64,000 bases of DNA. Origin: Candidatus Latescibacterota bacterium (GTDB taxonomy: Bacteria > Latescibacterota > UBA2968 > GCA-2709665). The notes below the pieces were generated by a model. It searched no databases and was not told where the DNA came from. It worked only from the letters and a program-made list of their open reading frames with translations. The position numbers were made by a program, and so were the translations under genes. Every line of letters starts with the position of its first letter. The stretch's first letter is position 1. Positions 24,537 to 34,718 of the stretch are shown here, piece after piece. The stretch is from assembly GCA_965219455.1 (NCBI GenBank), contig OZ244744.1:320001-384000 (forward strand), in the 5' to 3' direction.

Positions 24537-26365
24537 ATCCTGGCTCCCAGGGCATCGATCAACGTTGCCGCAGCGCTATAGAGTTCCTCCCGCTCTTTCT
24601 CCGGCATCCGGACCGAGGCAAATCGTGCATAGTCGCAACGCAGGAAGACATCCTTCACTTCAGCTACGATTGAATCCGATACATCCTTCTCGCAAAGCGC
24701 CTGCGCGGCAGACTCGCGGGTCATGCCCGCGACCGGCAGATTCAGCCGATCTGCGAGGAATTGGGCCAACGCCCTGTCGATTTCGACGTAAAACGTCCGC
24801 CCGTCTTTATCTTCGAGCCGCTCTTGAGCCCGTATCAGACGCCTCCTGGCCTCCGAGCCCGAACGCCGGCGGCGGGCATAGGCCACATCGCCCATGAGCC
24901 GGTCCCGATGGCGTTTATATGCAACGGTCCCGAGAAAACCCAGAACGGGCGCAAATTGAATCGCCCAAAACCATGTGTTCCTGTAAAACCGCCTGCCGTG
25001 ATCGTCCAGATATTCGAGATCCGGCTTCAGATGACGAATATCCTGCCCGAGCATCTCAATCTCTTTCCGGCTCAATACGGCTCCGGAACCTGCGGGCTGC
25101 CTGCCCGGTGTCACACTCACCGAAACCACCTGTGAACGCACTGTTTGATACCGCTTCTCCTCAGGGTCGAAATAGGCCAGCAAAAACGGACCGATCCGTC
25201 CGTTGCCGGGCCGGTTGGGAATCGCGACGTATTCAAACGTCTTTTCGCCGCCGATGCGACCATTCGTGTCTCCTGCGTTTACAGTTGATTTCGGGTCGTA
25301 GAACTTGAACACGTTCCCTTTCGGACGAACGGGCTCGCCCACGGCATTCAGATTACCCGTTCCACGCACCCTCACCTTTACGGCGATTGGATCTCCTTCC
25401 GCGACCGATACGGGCGACGCCTCAACCGATATGTCGAACCTGCCCACCGCGCCGCGGAACTCGGCAGGAGCGCCCTCGGGCAGAGGCAAAACTTCAATCT
25501 CCACGTCTTCAGATCGCGCGCGCACTTCCCGGCTGTTACCGAAACCGAAAAAATCGTCCATGTCTAAAAGGTTTCTGCGCCTCGCGCGTTTCTGAACCTG
25601 GCAAACGACTTCAAGTTCGTCCAGCGCCTGTCTTCCGGACGCGGTGGGAAACAATGCCATCGTCTTCAACCGCATTGCGTCGAACTCGCGGCCCCCGTAA
25701 ACCTCGCGGACAAAACTGGCGCGCTGCGCATCGAACAGGGCCTCCGACCAGAAACCCGTGTAGGCAGGCAGGCGGCCATAGCTGATATTGCGCAACGCAC
25801 GGCGTGTGTAGAGCTTGTAGGAAACGGTTACCTGCTCTCCCACATACACCCTGTTCTTATCCACCACGGTGGCAACGAACAGGTCCTCCTTCAATTCCTC
25901 CGCGTCCGGATCGCCATGGGACTGTTCTGTCGCCGGCGCGGGGCGTGTGCGCGGCCGCCCGATGCTTTTCACGACATTCACCCGAACCGTCGAGGACTCG
26001 TGCCGCCTGCCCCCATAGACCACGTGCGCCGGCCCAACCACGAAGCTGCCCTCGCGCCTTCCCCGCAGCGTATAAACGTACGAATTGTTACGTGTTGTCA
26101 CCACCCGGCCGTTCGTGATATTTACGTCCTGGGTCGTGTAGGTCGAACGTCCAATGACGTCGAATCCGTCTGGAATCGGCAGTTGGGGCGCAGGTACGTC
26201 GCTGCCGGCCGTCAACGTTACCGTAAGCGTGACCTCCTGGCCCACCTCAACGCGCGCCCGGTCGACCGCCACATGAAGGCGCGGTGTATCGGCAAGCGCC
26301 GCGCCAACCGAAACCAGAAGGGCCAATACCAGAACACAGAAGGGCTTGCGTGTCATTCCTACCAC
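24533..26365 (-). CDS. batD: BatD-family exported protein
   Basis: Signal peptide, VDKNRVYVGEQV, GFWSE, FRGAVGRF, GTGNL, YFDPEEKRY, late TM, CDYARFA. Confidence 0.85.
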   Translation of the reverse strand: MVGMTRKPFCVLVLALLVSVGAALADTPRLHVAVDRARVEVGQEVTLTVTLTAGSDVPAPQLPIPDGFDVIGRSTYTTQDVNITNGRVVTTRNNSYVYTLRGRREGSFVVGPAHVVYGGRRHESSTVRVNVVKSIGRPRTRPAPATEQSHGDPDAEELKEDLFVATVVDKNRVYVGEQVTVSYKLYTRRALRNISYGRLPAYTGFWSEALFDAQRASFVREVYGGREFDAMRLKTMALFPTASGRQALDELEVVCQVQKRARRRNLLDMDDFFGFGNSREVRARSEDVEIEVLPLPEGAPAEFRGAVGRFDISVEASPVSVAEGDPIAVKVRVRGTGNLNAVGEPVRPKGNVFKFYDPKSTVNAGDTNGRIGGEKTFEYVAIPNRPGNGRIGPFLLAYFDPEEKRYQTVRSQVVSVSVTPGRQPAGSGAVLSRKEIEMLGQDIRHLKPDLEYLDDHGRRFYRNTWFWAIQFAPVLGFLGTVAYKRHRDRLMGDVAYARRRRSGSEARRRLIRAQERLEDKDGRTFYVEIDRALAQFLADRLNLPVAGMTRESAAQALCEKDVSDSIVAEVKDVFLRCDYARFASVRMPEKEREELYSAAATLIDALGARI

Positions 26366-27171
26366 TCGTTTCCCTTGTATCGTTTGCCGTAAACGCGCAA
26401 CCGGCGGTATTTCTGGGACTTCATCTCCCTGTCTTTCATCGCATCCAGCAGGCGTTCAGCCTCTTCCCGACTCAGCGCATCTGACCGTGACTCCGATTCC
26501 GTCGCCTGCTGATTCTGATGCCGCCCTCCGGATTCCTCCTGCTTCCGACCCTGCTTCTGCTCCCGGTTTTCCTCTCTTTCCCGATTCTGATCGCGATTCA
26601 CGTCCGGATCCTGATTCGGCCGCTGCTCTGGTTGATCCCGGTTCCGTTCGTCATTCTGTTCCTCCTTCTTCTGCTCGTTTCTGTTTTCCTCCTGCTCCTG
26701 ATCGTTTTCCCTATTCCCGTTCTGCTCCTGTTGCTGATCCTTCTCCTGCTCCTGCATTTTCTCCAGAACCCATTCCAGATTCACCTTTGCATCCAGATCG
26801 TCCGTCCGCAACGCCAGCGACCGCTTGTAGGCCTCGGCGGCCTGCTGCAATTTTTTCTGGCGGACGTGGACATTGCCCAGATTGTAATACGCCCGCGCGA
26901 GAAGCGAGGGGTCCTGGCTTTTCAACGCGTGTCCGAACTCCCGCAGTGCATCCTGAAAGGCGTTCTTTTTGAAATAGGCGTCACCCGCATTGAATCTGAG
27001 TTCGAGTGCGCCAGGTTTTTCTACCTGAGCCTCACGGTAGTACTCAAGCGCTTCCTCGAACTTGCCTTCGTGAAACATACGGTTGCCCTGCCGGTTCTTG
27101 TCCGCCGCCGGATCCAGAAATGTGAAACCCAGCAGCGGAACAACGACGATGCCAACCAGATATCGGTACAT
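26359..27171 (-). CDS. batC: BatC-like TPR protein with Q/E/N/R-rich linker
   Basis: GNRMFHEGKFEEA, AYYNLGN, DAKVNLE, low-complexity linker, LSREEAERLLDAM, C-terminal W. Confidence 0.85.
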   Translation of the reverse strand: MYRYLVGIVVVPLLGFTFLDPAADKNRQGNRMFHEGKFEEALEYYREAQVEKPGALELRFNAGDAYFKKNAFQDALREFGHALKSQDPSLLARAYYNLGNVHVRQKKLQQAAEAYKRSLALRTDDLDAKVNLEWVLEKMQEQEKDQQQEQNGNRENDQEQEENRNEQKKEEQNDERNRDQPEQRPNQDPDVNRDQNREREENREQKQGRKQEESGGRHQNQQATESESRSDALSREEAERLLDAMKDREMKSQKYRRLRVYGKRYKGNEW

Positions 27172-27192
27172 GGAGCTGACTCCGAATTCAAG

Positions 27193-28215
27193 TTACTGAA
27201 ACCGCCCTCGCCACTGTGTTCGCACCCTTCTTCGATCCGACAACATCGCCTCGCATACAAAACAGGCCACCGCGACGGCCAGCGGCCACTGGAACCGGTG
27301 TTTGTACTGTGTGTATTTCCGCGATCCCAGTTCCTTCTTTTCCATCTGCGAGACCTCGTCGTATACCCTGTCCATACCCACACCGCCCGCCTGCGCCCGA
27401 ATATAGACCCCGTCCGTCACACCGGCAACCTGTTGCAGGCTTGCCTCGTCCAGGCGCGATTTCACGTAATTGCCCCGACCGTCTTTCAGAAAATCGGTCC
27501 GGCCGTTCTGCTTTACCGGGATCAACTCTCCTCCAGGCGTCCCAACCCCCACCGCGAATATCCGCACTCCGGCATCCGCCGCCTCTTTTGCGGCGCTGAC
27601 CGGATCGTCGGCGTGGTCCTCTCCATCCGTAATCAGCACCATTACCTTGTACTTTCGTTCCTCGCTACCGAAAGCCCGGGTTGCCGCGCGAATGGCTTCG
27701 GCAATGGCCGTGCCCTTCACCGGAATGATATCCGTGTCGATCGAGTCCAGAAACAGCTTCGCGGCCCCATAGTCCAGGGTGAGCGGGCAGAGTGTAAAGC
27801 TGCGCCCCGCGAACGCCACCAGGCCGATCCTGTCGCCTTTGAGGCGGTCAATAAAGGATTCAATCTCAAAAAGCGCGCGCGTCAGTCGATTGGGCCGGAT
27901 ATCTTCCGCGAGCATGCTCAGCGACGTATCCAGTGCGACAATCACGTCGACGCCCTTGCGGTGCAGCAGTTCAAGCCGCATCCCGTACCGTGGTTGCGCC
28001 AGCGCCATCACCAGAAAGAAGAATCCGCCAACCGTCATCGCAGCCTTCGCCCACTGTCTCTTCCAACTTGTGGCCGCCGTCAGCTTCCGCATCAGTTCCG
28101 GACTCCCGAAACGCGCGAGGGCCCGCCTTTTCTTTCGAAAAGCAATCACGAAAAACAAAACGGCCGCCGGCACGCTCAACAGGAACCAGAATGCCTGAAC
28201 GTTTCCGAAACGCAT
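27193..28215 (-). CDS. batB: BatB-like VWA membrane protein
   Basis: ALAQPRYG, MIDAS DTSLSM, PNRL, DRIGLVAFAG, PLTLDY, ITDGEDH. Confidence 0.88.
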   Translation of the reverse strand: MRFGNVQAFWFLLSVPAAVLFFVIAFRKKRRALARFGSPELMRKLTAATSWKRQWAKAAMTVGGFFFLVMALAQPRYGMRLELLHRKGVDVIVALDTSLSMLAEDIRPNRLTRALFEIESFIDRLKGDRIGLVAFAGRSFTLCPLTLDYGAAKLFLDSIDTDIIPVKGTAIAEAIRAATRAFGSEERKYKVMVLITDGEDHADDPVSAAKEAADAGVRIFAVGVGTPGGELIPVKQNGRTDFLKDGRGNYVKSRLDEASLQQVAGVTDGVYIRAQAGGVGMDRVYDEVSQMEKKELGSRKYTQYKHRFQWPLAVAVACFVCEAMLSDRRRVRTQWRGRFQ

Positions 28216-28216
28216 C

Positions 28217-29203
28217 CTATGGAATCCTTCGAAACCGCGTGTTCGCCAGCATCAGTTCGACACCGAGCAAAACTAGACCCGGCCAGAGAAAAAAAGTGAA
28301 CAATTCGGAATAATCCACATAGTCGCGTGTCTTGATTTCCGTTTTCTCCATCTCGCCGATGGCGCGATAGATCTCCTCGAGTTTTTTCTCGCTGGTCGCC
28401 CGAAAGTAGCGGCCGCCCGTGATGTCGGCTACTTCCTTCAGCGTCTCTTCGTCGATTTCGACCCGTACCCGCTGCTGGAGCAAGCCCTGGCCCATCACGA
28501 TCACCCCGTCGCTTCCCGCCCCGATGGTGTAGATTCGTATGCCCACCGCTTCCGCTGCCCGCGCGGCCGTGACGGGATCCACCTCCCCCCTGTTATTCAC
28601 GCCGTCCGTCAACAGTATAATCACACGGCTCCTGGCCTCCGACCTGCGCAACCGGTTTACCGCGGTGACAATGCCGGTTCCGATGGCTGTGCCGTCCCAG
28701 GAATCTTCCGCTAGCCGGACCTCATTCAAAAAGCTCAGAAATATCCCGTAATCGAGGGTGAGCGGACACTGTGTGTAGCTCTCACCTGCAAAGACGACGA
28801 GTCCCAGCCGGTCGTTTTCCCGCCCACGCACGAACTGACTCACGACCTCCTTGCTGACCTGCAACCGGGACTTTCGCTGCTGATCCAGATCCTTGTGCGC
28901 CATGCTGCCCGACACGTCCAGGGCGAGTACGATGTCGATTCCCCGGGTAAGGATTTCCCTCCCTTCACGCCCCGATCGCGGACGAGCCAGCGCGAGAATC
29001 AGCAGTATCAACGCCAGACAGCGAAGTCCGATCAAAACGTGGCGCAACTTTAGCACCACCGAAGGCGGAATCTGGCCGATCACACCCAGATCCGGAAAAC
29101 GAATACTGCCCCGCGTCTGCCGCTGTCGGCGCACATATCGATAGATCAGAAACGGCACAAAAACCAGGGCAAGCAGCCATTCCGGATTCTTGAATTCAAT
29201 CAT
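28217..29203 (-). CDS. batA: BatA-like VWA membrane protein
   Basis: FKNPEWL, ALARPR, MIDAS DVSGSM, GTAIG, LLTDGVNN, TGGRYFRA. Confidence 0.9.
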   Translation of the reverse strand: MIEFKNPEWLLALVFVPFLIYRYVRRQRQTRGSIRFPDLGVIGQIPPSVVLKLRHVLIGLRCLALILLILALARPRSGREGREILTRGIDIVLALDVSGSMAHKDLDQQRKSRLQVSKEVVSQFVRGRENDRLGLVVFAGESYTQCPLTLDYGIFLSFLNEVRLAEDSWDGTAIGTGIVTAVNRLRRSEARSRVIILLTDGVNNRGEVDPVTAARAAEAVGIRIYTIGAGSDGVIVMGQGLLQQRVRVEIDEETLKEVADITGGRYFRATSEKKLEEIYRAIGEMEKTEIKTRDYVDYSELFTFFLWPGLVLLGVELMLANTRFRRIP

Positions 29204-30156
29204 GCCGTCGCTTCCGCCGGCGCCGAGTTCACATTTTCGTCGTCACTCTCGCGACGCTGTGCGTCCAGGCGTCGCATCAGGTCCAGAACCGTTTCCGCGG
29301 CCTTCGTTGCGACCTCATCGCGGGGCCTGAGCTTCGCGAACTTCACCAGGTCCGCCTCCGACAACAGCACCTCCAGCGCCAGGACTTCCGCTTCCCCGAT
29401 CGAGACACGTCTGAGGTCCTGAACCAGTTCGGACGTGGTACACTCCATTGCATCGACCTGGACCCGAACCTCCAGGTACCGGCGCATCACCTCGGATAGC
29501 AGGCTGTAATACCGCTTGAATGCACCTTTTTCCACCAGTTGCATCCGCAAAATCTTCGCAACTTCGTCCGGCCAGACGATCGGCGGTGGCGGCGGTTCAA
29601 CCTTCGGTTTCCTGATGCGCCGCTTCCAATACCACAGTGTTCCCGCCGCGACGCCAACCAGAACGGCCACGGCGAACCAGAACCAGCCCGGTATTCCGGC
29701 CTCGATGTCGACCGGCGGTTTCACATCCCGGATATCCATCATTTCCGCCGGTTTAACGCTGCGTACTATAACAGGTATCGGATCGGAGGTGATCAATCCG
29801 GAATCGCCCTGGGTCGTACGTACATGCAGCACCAGAGAGGGCACTTCGATCACACCCACCTGGTACACGGCAAGCTCGAAGGCGAGGTTCTCCTCCAACC
29901 GTCCGTCGGACATCTCCCGAACCGCCGGCGGCACCTGGCGACGCACCTCGAATGGCGCGAGAAAACCCTCGTTTTGCAGGAGTACGGCGGCATCCCCCGG
30001 TTCACGACTGATCCGCAAGCTGAGAAGAACAGGATCGCCAACCGTGAGGGTGTCCCGATTTACCGTCGCGTCGAAGACAACTTCGGCGCTGGCGTCGGGG
30101 GCTGACATCGCCAGGCTGCAGGCACCGATCCACACCGATATCAGGACGCGAACCAT
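29200..30156 (-). CDS. Bat-operon single-TM exported protein (BatD-like/DUF4381 type)
   Basis: Signal peptide, Ig-like region, IRDVKPP, TM, RRYLE..AME.TTSE, ADLVKFAK; the gene normally found just before batA. Confidence 0.75.
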   Translation of the reverse strand: MVRVLISVWIGACSLAMSAPDASAEVVFDATVNRDTLTVGDPVLLSLRISREPGDAAVLLQNEGFLAPFEVRRQVPPAVREMSDGRLEENLAFELAVYQVGVIEVPSLVLHVRTTQGDSGLITSDPIPVIVRSVKPAEMMDIRDVKPPVDIEAGIPGWFWFAVAVLVGVAAGTLWYWKRRIRKPKVEPPPPPIVWPDEVAKILRMQLVEKGAFKRYYSLLSEVMRRYLEVRVQVDAMECTTSELVQDLRRVSIGEAEVLALEVLLSEADLVKFAKLRPRDEVATKAAETVLDLMRRLDAQRRESDDENVNSAPAEATA

Positions 30157-30159
30157 ATT

Positions 30160-31572
30160 CTAATTGGTCACCTCCTGTGCGCCCCACCGTACGGTATCGG
30201 GTTGGACCACGTCCGGTTTCACGGGCACGAGTTCGAGCTTCAGGTTCGTCAGATGTTTGGGATCGATCCGGACGACCTGGGGACGGAGATGTCCCCAGGC
30301 GTAGACTTTGCCGTCCCTTTCCCCGACAATCAGCTTCTGCGCAATTGCGCCGCCGCGCCAGACGGTGACCTCCAATGCCGGACGATTAAAACCGTATGCC
30401 TCGGGCACCTTCGCCGCTTCCGCGACAAACTGTTCGGCTTCGAGAAGCTCAATGGTGCGAAAGAAACGTCGGACACGGTGTTCCAGGACAATATGCAGCT
30501 TTGGCTGCAGCACCTGCCAGGCGTCGCCGGAGTAATTCCTGACGCATTCCACGACGCGGTTCCGATATACCAGCTTCAACCTGTCGACGCCAGCGGCGTC
30601 GAATGCAAAGATACGCTTGAACCTTAGATCCGAAGCCGTTTTCCTCATATCCGCGACAAAGGTCGAATCGACCAGAAAAACCATGGGACTGGCCGAGAAT
30701 GCCGCGAAAAACGGCGGAAACCGGCCCCCATCTCTCCTGCGCCCGATAGTGACCGTCTCTTTCTTCGCCTGGTCACCATCGAAAATCGATACCGTCAGCG
30801 TTGGATTCTCCAGGCCGTAATACCGCCGTTCCCGGGACGCTTCAGCAACCACATGTGTGAATTCGGCGGTATGCAGCCTTTTGACAAGCTTCTGAACCGC
30901 GGCATTGTCGGCGCGGTCGTCTACCGGATACGTGAGGCGCCAGTCATCGGGGAACTTTTCCGTTACGACGCGGGCATCCCCTCTGGTGATTTCGATTTTA
31001 CGTACGGTATCCAGATCGAAATCCGCAACTCGCTTGTCGCGCAGTTGAAACAGCCCTTTCTCCACTCTCATCCTGAATGGGGCGCCAACGGCGAGAATTC
31101 CCGGATGCCCGGACCACCTGATATAGCCGTAACGGCCTGTCGGACTTCGATCGCCCCAGAAGAGAGAATCCACGCGGTCCACCTGTTTGATCGCCAGTGT
31201 CAGATTCGGTCTGTCGAGGCCGAAATCCACAAGATGGGCCTGTCCTCGCGCGATACGGGCGCTGTCTGCCACCACACGTTCCAGGTCCATATTCTGTAAC
31301 GTCCGGATCAACCCCGTGATCTCGCCGCCGTCGCCGCCGGTGGCCACCGGTTGCAGGATCCGCCACCGACCCTCAGATTTTGCGATTACGATGGTGGTAT
31401 CACCTCGGTGAACCGATAGTCCAACGACCGAGTGTGCCTCCAGACGCAGCAGGCGCCCGGCCTCCCTGCGTATCTTATCTCGCTCGTCGGCGCCGCGAAT
31501 TTCATAAAAGTAGGCAAACCCGACCAGCCCGGCCAGAAGCAGCACCAGACCACCCGTCGTCCTTAAATTCAT
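30160..31572 (-). CDS. DUF4340 domain protein (three repeats)
   Basis: N-terminal TM anchor; repeated W-x-I/L-x-x-P and F/YGL-x-x-P motifs; LRDKR/LRFKR linkers. Confidence 0.8.
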   Translation of the reverse strand: MNLRTTGGLVLLLAGLVGFAYFYEIRGADERDKIRREAGRLLRLEAHSVVGLSVHRGDTTIVIAKSEGRWRILQPVATGGDGGEITGLIRTLQNMDLERVVADSARIARGQAHLVDFGLDRPNLTLAIKQVDRVDSLFWGDRSPTGRYGYIRWSGHPGILAVGAPFRMRVEKGLFQLRDKRVADFDLDTVRKIEITRGDARVVTEKFPDDWRLTYPVDDRADNAAVQKLVKRLHTAEFTHVVAEASRERRYYGLENPTLTVSIFDGDQAKKETVTIGRRRDGGRFPPFFAAFSASPMVFLVDSTFVADMRKTASDLRFKRIFAFDAAGVDRLKLVYRNRVVECVRNYSGDAWQVLQPKLHIVLEHRVRRFFRTIELLEAEQFVAEAAKVPEAYGFNRPALEVTVWRGGAIAQKLIVGERDGKVYAWGHLRPQVVRIDPKHLTNLKLELVPVKPDVVQPDTVRWGAQEVTN

Positions 31573-31622
31573 AAGCCATGCCTGCGGGTGTTACGCGTTC
31601 AGAACGGTTTCCCGGCGATACA

Positions 31623-32993
31623 TCAGCGCCGCTTGCGCCAGACGCCAATCCCGATGACGACGGGTATGGCCGGAATAATCACAACGGACAGCCACGTAAG
31701 CCACCAAAGGTCCTCTGCCGACATGATAACCCCCCGAAAGGCCCACATTTTCGGGCGGATCGAGATCAGATCTCCCTCCTCCATCAGCCAACTCACCGCG
31801 TTCATGAACAAGTCTCCGTTACCCACCGTATCGAAGAACTCGTTGCCCGCAAAATCAGAGTCTCCAAAGACGACAACCCGCGTGTGGCGCAACCCCACGT
31901 CGGAGGATCGAAAGCGACGATATTTCGGCCTGTCGATCGTGGCGACCGCCACCGACGCGGGGCCCGGCGTATCCAGTCCCTGATCGAAAACCGGTGACGC
32001 GTCCGGCAACGTCTTTTCCCGCCAACTGTTCCGCGGGTGGGTCTCCACCAGTTGATGGGTCTGCATACCGGTGGCGGTTTCGCTCCGGGTGACGGACCGT
32101 GCGAGTCTGTAGAACGTCCTCAGATTACGTTTGAGGTGTTTTTCCGTAACCGGATGCCTCGCGTACCAGACCGAACCCGGCATCGAGGGATCGCCCGGTC
32201 CCCATCCCAGGACATAGTCGTTGTTGACCTGGATACCCCACCGCGCCAACAGCGATTCCAGGCCCGTATCACCACCGGGGTCGAGTAAAAAAAACCCGGA
32301 TCCGCCTCCGGCCAGATAGCTGCGGATCGAATCCGCTTCGATCCCGGAAAATGCTGCTGTCGGACCGGCCACGATCAGCAGATCGCAATCGGCCGGCACA
32401 CCCTTCCCGGCATCCAGAACGAGTGTATCACGAACCACGTATCCGACCTCACGCAATGCCTGCCCGACGCGGATGAAATCGCCTTCCGGGGCCTTTAGTG
32501 ACCGCTCTCCATGCCCCACAGAGAAATAGACGGTTTTCTCCCGCTTCCGGACCACCTTGGCAACCGCATTGGTCAGATGATTTTCCTCGGTTCCTGCAAC
32601 GCGCTCTTCCCGTCCATCCGACATCACCACCGAGATCCGCGACTTTTCCACCCTGTATCGCCTGGCAGATCCGGGCTGTACGGCCGGATCGACCATTGTA
32701 TAGGTGAAACGGCCCGAGTGGTAGGCGTAGTTTTCGAGCCTTTCCTTGAACTCGGCCGCCTGCGGGTCGGTTTCGTGGAAAAACGCAATGACGTGCACAT
32801 CCGTCGTCAGAGAATCCAGCAGCGTCGCGGTCTGATCGGACAGGCTGTGCATTCCACCCTCGGTAATGTCAATCCGATGATGATAGCGCGTGGCGAGGAA
32901 GTTGATCGTGACCAGGCTCGCAAGCAACGCGAGGACGGCAACCAGCGTACTCGAACCGTACTTCACCACGCGTGTCCTTGAAGAACCGGTCAT
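31623..32993 (-). CDS. gldG: GldG-like ABC auxiliary protein (GIFT/IFT52-like domain)
   Basis: N- and C-terminal TM, IDITEGGMHSLSDQT, YFSVGHGE, LIVAGP, VVFGDSDF, NGDLFMNAVSWL. Confidence 0.8.
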   Translation of the reverse strand: MTGSSRTRVVKYGSSTLVAVLALLASLVTINFLATRYHHRIDITEGGMHSLSDQTATLLDSLTTDVHVIAFFHETDPQAAEFKERLENYAYHSGRFTYTMVDPAVQPGSARRYRVEKSRISVVMSDGREERVAGTEENHLTNAVAKVVRKREKTVYFSVGHGERSLKAPEGDFIRVGQALREVGYVVRDTLVLDAGKGVPADCDLLIVAGPTAAFSGIEADSIRSYLAGGGSGFFLLDPGGDTGLESLLARWGIQVNNDYVLGWGPGDPSMPGSVWYARHPVTEKHLKRNLRTFYRLARSVTRSETATGMQTHQLVETHPRNSWREKTLPDASPVFDQGLDTPGPASVAVATIDRPKYRRFRSSDVGLRHTRVVVFGDSDFAGNEFFDTVGNGDLFMNAVSWLMEEGDLISIRPKMWAFRGVIMSAEDLWWLTWLSVVIIPAIPVVIGIGVWRKRR

Positions 32994-32996
32994 TTT

Positions 32997-33773
32997 CTAT
33001 TGCCTCCAGCGGCGCGATTCAAGCGCAGTGTATGTCAGAAACAGAAAGAAAAATGTAAAACTCAGAAAAAAAATCACGTCGCTGCTGTCGAATACACCCC
33101 GCGCCATATCCCTCGTGTGATCGATCAACGAAAGATAGAAAAGAACGGTTGCCCATTCCCGACCGATGAGTTCGGGCGAATACGGCACCACGAAGAGAAG
33201 AAGAAGAAGAACAAATGCGATGACGACCGCGACGATCTGTTTATCGGTGAGCGAGGATGCCAGAATGCCCACACTGATGAACGACCCTCCCAGCAATAGT
33301 ACGGCGACACAGGCGGACAGCACCCGGGCCCAATTCAGATCGCCGTAAAACGACACGACAAAGATCAACGAGAGAAGCAACAGTTCAATAATGACATACA
33401 GCCCGAGACAGGCCGCGAATTTGCCGAGTATGACCTGCCACGTGGTCAGCGGCGACGTCATCAGGAGTTCGATCGTCCCGGAACTCTTCTCCTCCGCGAA
33501 TAGTCGCATCGTCAGCATTGGCGTCACGACGAGCCAGACGAGACACTGGCTGAGGAAAAAGTGGAACACGACGTCCTCGTTCACGTTCGGCGGATCGACG
33601 CCATGCTCCTGATGCTGAAATGTATAATTCAGGCATTTGGCGCGAAATTCCACAACGTCATTCTGGAAAAGATAACCCATCAGTACGAGGAACCCCGTAG
33701 CAACCACGTAGGCGATCGGCGAGCCGAAATAGGAACGCGTTTCTTTCCAGAAAATCGCGGCGATATTTCCCAT
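32997..33773 (-). CDS. gldF: GldF-like ABC-2 permease
   Basis: KETRSYFGSPIAYVV, LTMRLFAEEKSSGTIELLMTSP, GKF, LESRRW. Confidence 0.85.
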   Translation of the reverse strand: MGNIAAIFWKETRSYFGSPIAYVVATGFLVLMGYLFQNDVVEFRAKCLNYTFQHQEHGVDPPNVNEDVVFHFFLSQCLVWLVVTPMLTMRLFAEEKSSGTIELLMTSPLTTWQVILGKFAACLGLYVIIELLLLSLIFVVSFYGDLNWARVLSACVAVLLLGGSFISVGILASSLTDKQIVAVVIAFVLLLLLFVVPYSPELIGREWATVLFYLSLIDHTRDMARGVFDSSDVIFFLSFTFFFLFLTYTALESRRWRQ

Positions 33774-34708
33774 CAGGGGCTTGCCTCCTCGCGGGTTGTC
33801 AATTCGTGGAAAATATCCTCCAATCTGGCCGTAATCGGTCTCAATTCCACGAGCCCCAGATTGCGTTCTACCAGCCTGGCCGCAATCGACGGACGCATAT
33901 CGGTTTCGCCGGACACGTCGACCTGTAACGCCAGGTTGTCGCTTGACCTTATGACACTGACGACACCCGGGACACCCCCGATGGCTTCCGCGGCAACATC
34001 CAGGTTTCCCGACACCGCCACGTAATACCGCCGGGTGCCCGACGCCCCCGCTGTCAGGTTTGCCGGCGTGTCCACGGCCGCAATCTGTCCCCTGTTGATA
34101 ATGATTACGCGATCGCAGGTCATTTCTACCTCGGGCAGAATGTGCGTGCTCAGAATCACCGTGTGTTCCCGGCCCAATCCGCGGATCACGCGGCGTATTT
34201 CCTGGATCTGGTTGGGATCCAGTCCGATGGTCGGTTCATCCAGGATAATCACGTCCGGATCGTGCAGAATGGCCTGGGCGATTCCGACGCGTTGCCGATA
34301 GCCCTTTGACAGCTGGCCGATAAGCTGCTTCGCCCGTTCCGCAATCCCGCATCGTTCCATCGCGTCGTCCACCCGGGACCTGCGATTCCGTGACGGCACG
34401 CCCTTTATCTGCGCCACGAAATCCAGATACGACCGTACGTACATGTCATTGTAGACCGGCGGATGCTCCGGCAGGTACCCGATGCGCCTCTTGACCTCCA
34501 TCGGCTCGTCGAACACGTCGAAGCCGGCCACCCGGGCGGTGCCCAGCGTGGCCGGCTGATAACACGTAAGAATGCGCATTGTGGTGGTCTTGCCCGCGCC
34601 ATTGGGACCGAGAAATCCGACCACTTCTCCCTTCTCCACCCTGAACGTCAGGTCCTTGACCGCCACCAACGATCCGTATTGCTTGGTTACATGATCAACC
34701 TCGATCAC
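33773..34708 (-). CDS. gldA: GldA-like ABC ATP-binding protein
   Basis: Walker A GPNGAGKTT, LSKGYRQRVGIAQA, LDEPTIGLDPNQ, STHILPEV. Confidence 0.88.
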   Translation of the reverse strand: MIEVDHVTKQYGSLVAVKDLTFRVEKGEVVGFLGPNGAGKTTTMRILTCYQPATLGTARVAGFDVFDEPMEVKRRIGYLPEHPPVYNDMYVRSYLDFVAQIKGVPSRNRRSRVDDAMERCGIAERAKQLIGQLSKGYRQRVGIAQAILHDPDVIILDEPTIGLDPNQIQEIRRVIRGLGREHTVILSTHILPEVEMTCDRVIIINRGQIAAVDTPANLTAGASGTRRYYVAVSGNLDVAAEAIGGVPGVVSVIRSSDNLALQVDVSGETDMRPSIAARLVERNLGLVELRPITARLEDIFHELTTREEASP

Positions 34709-34718
34709 AACGGCCTCC

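Noticed and set aside
26500-26770. Low-complexity CT-rich repeat-like stretch
   Set aside because: It encodes the ordinary Q/E/N/R-rich linker of BatC; not a DNA repeat array or CRISPR.
33773-34708. Gliding motility inferred from gldA/F/G
   Set aside because: These ABC homologues are widespread in non-gliding bacteria and no gldJ-N or T9SS genes are in the window.
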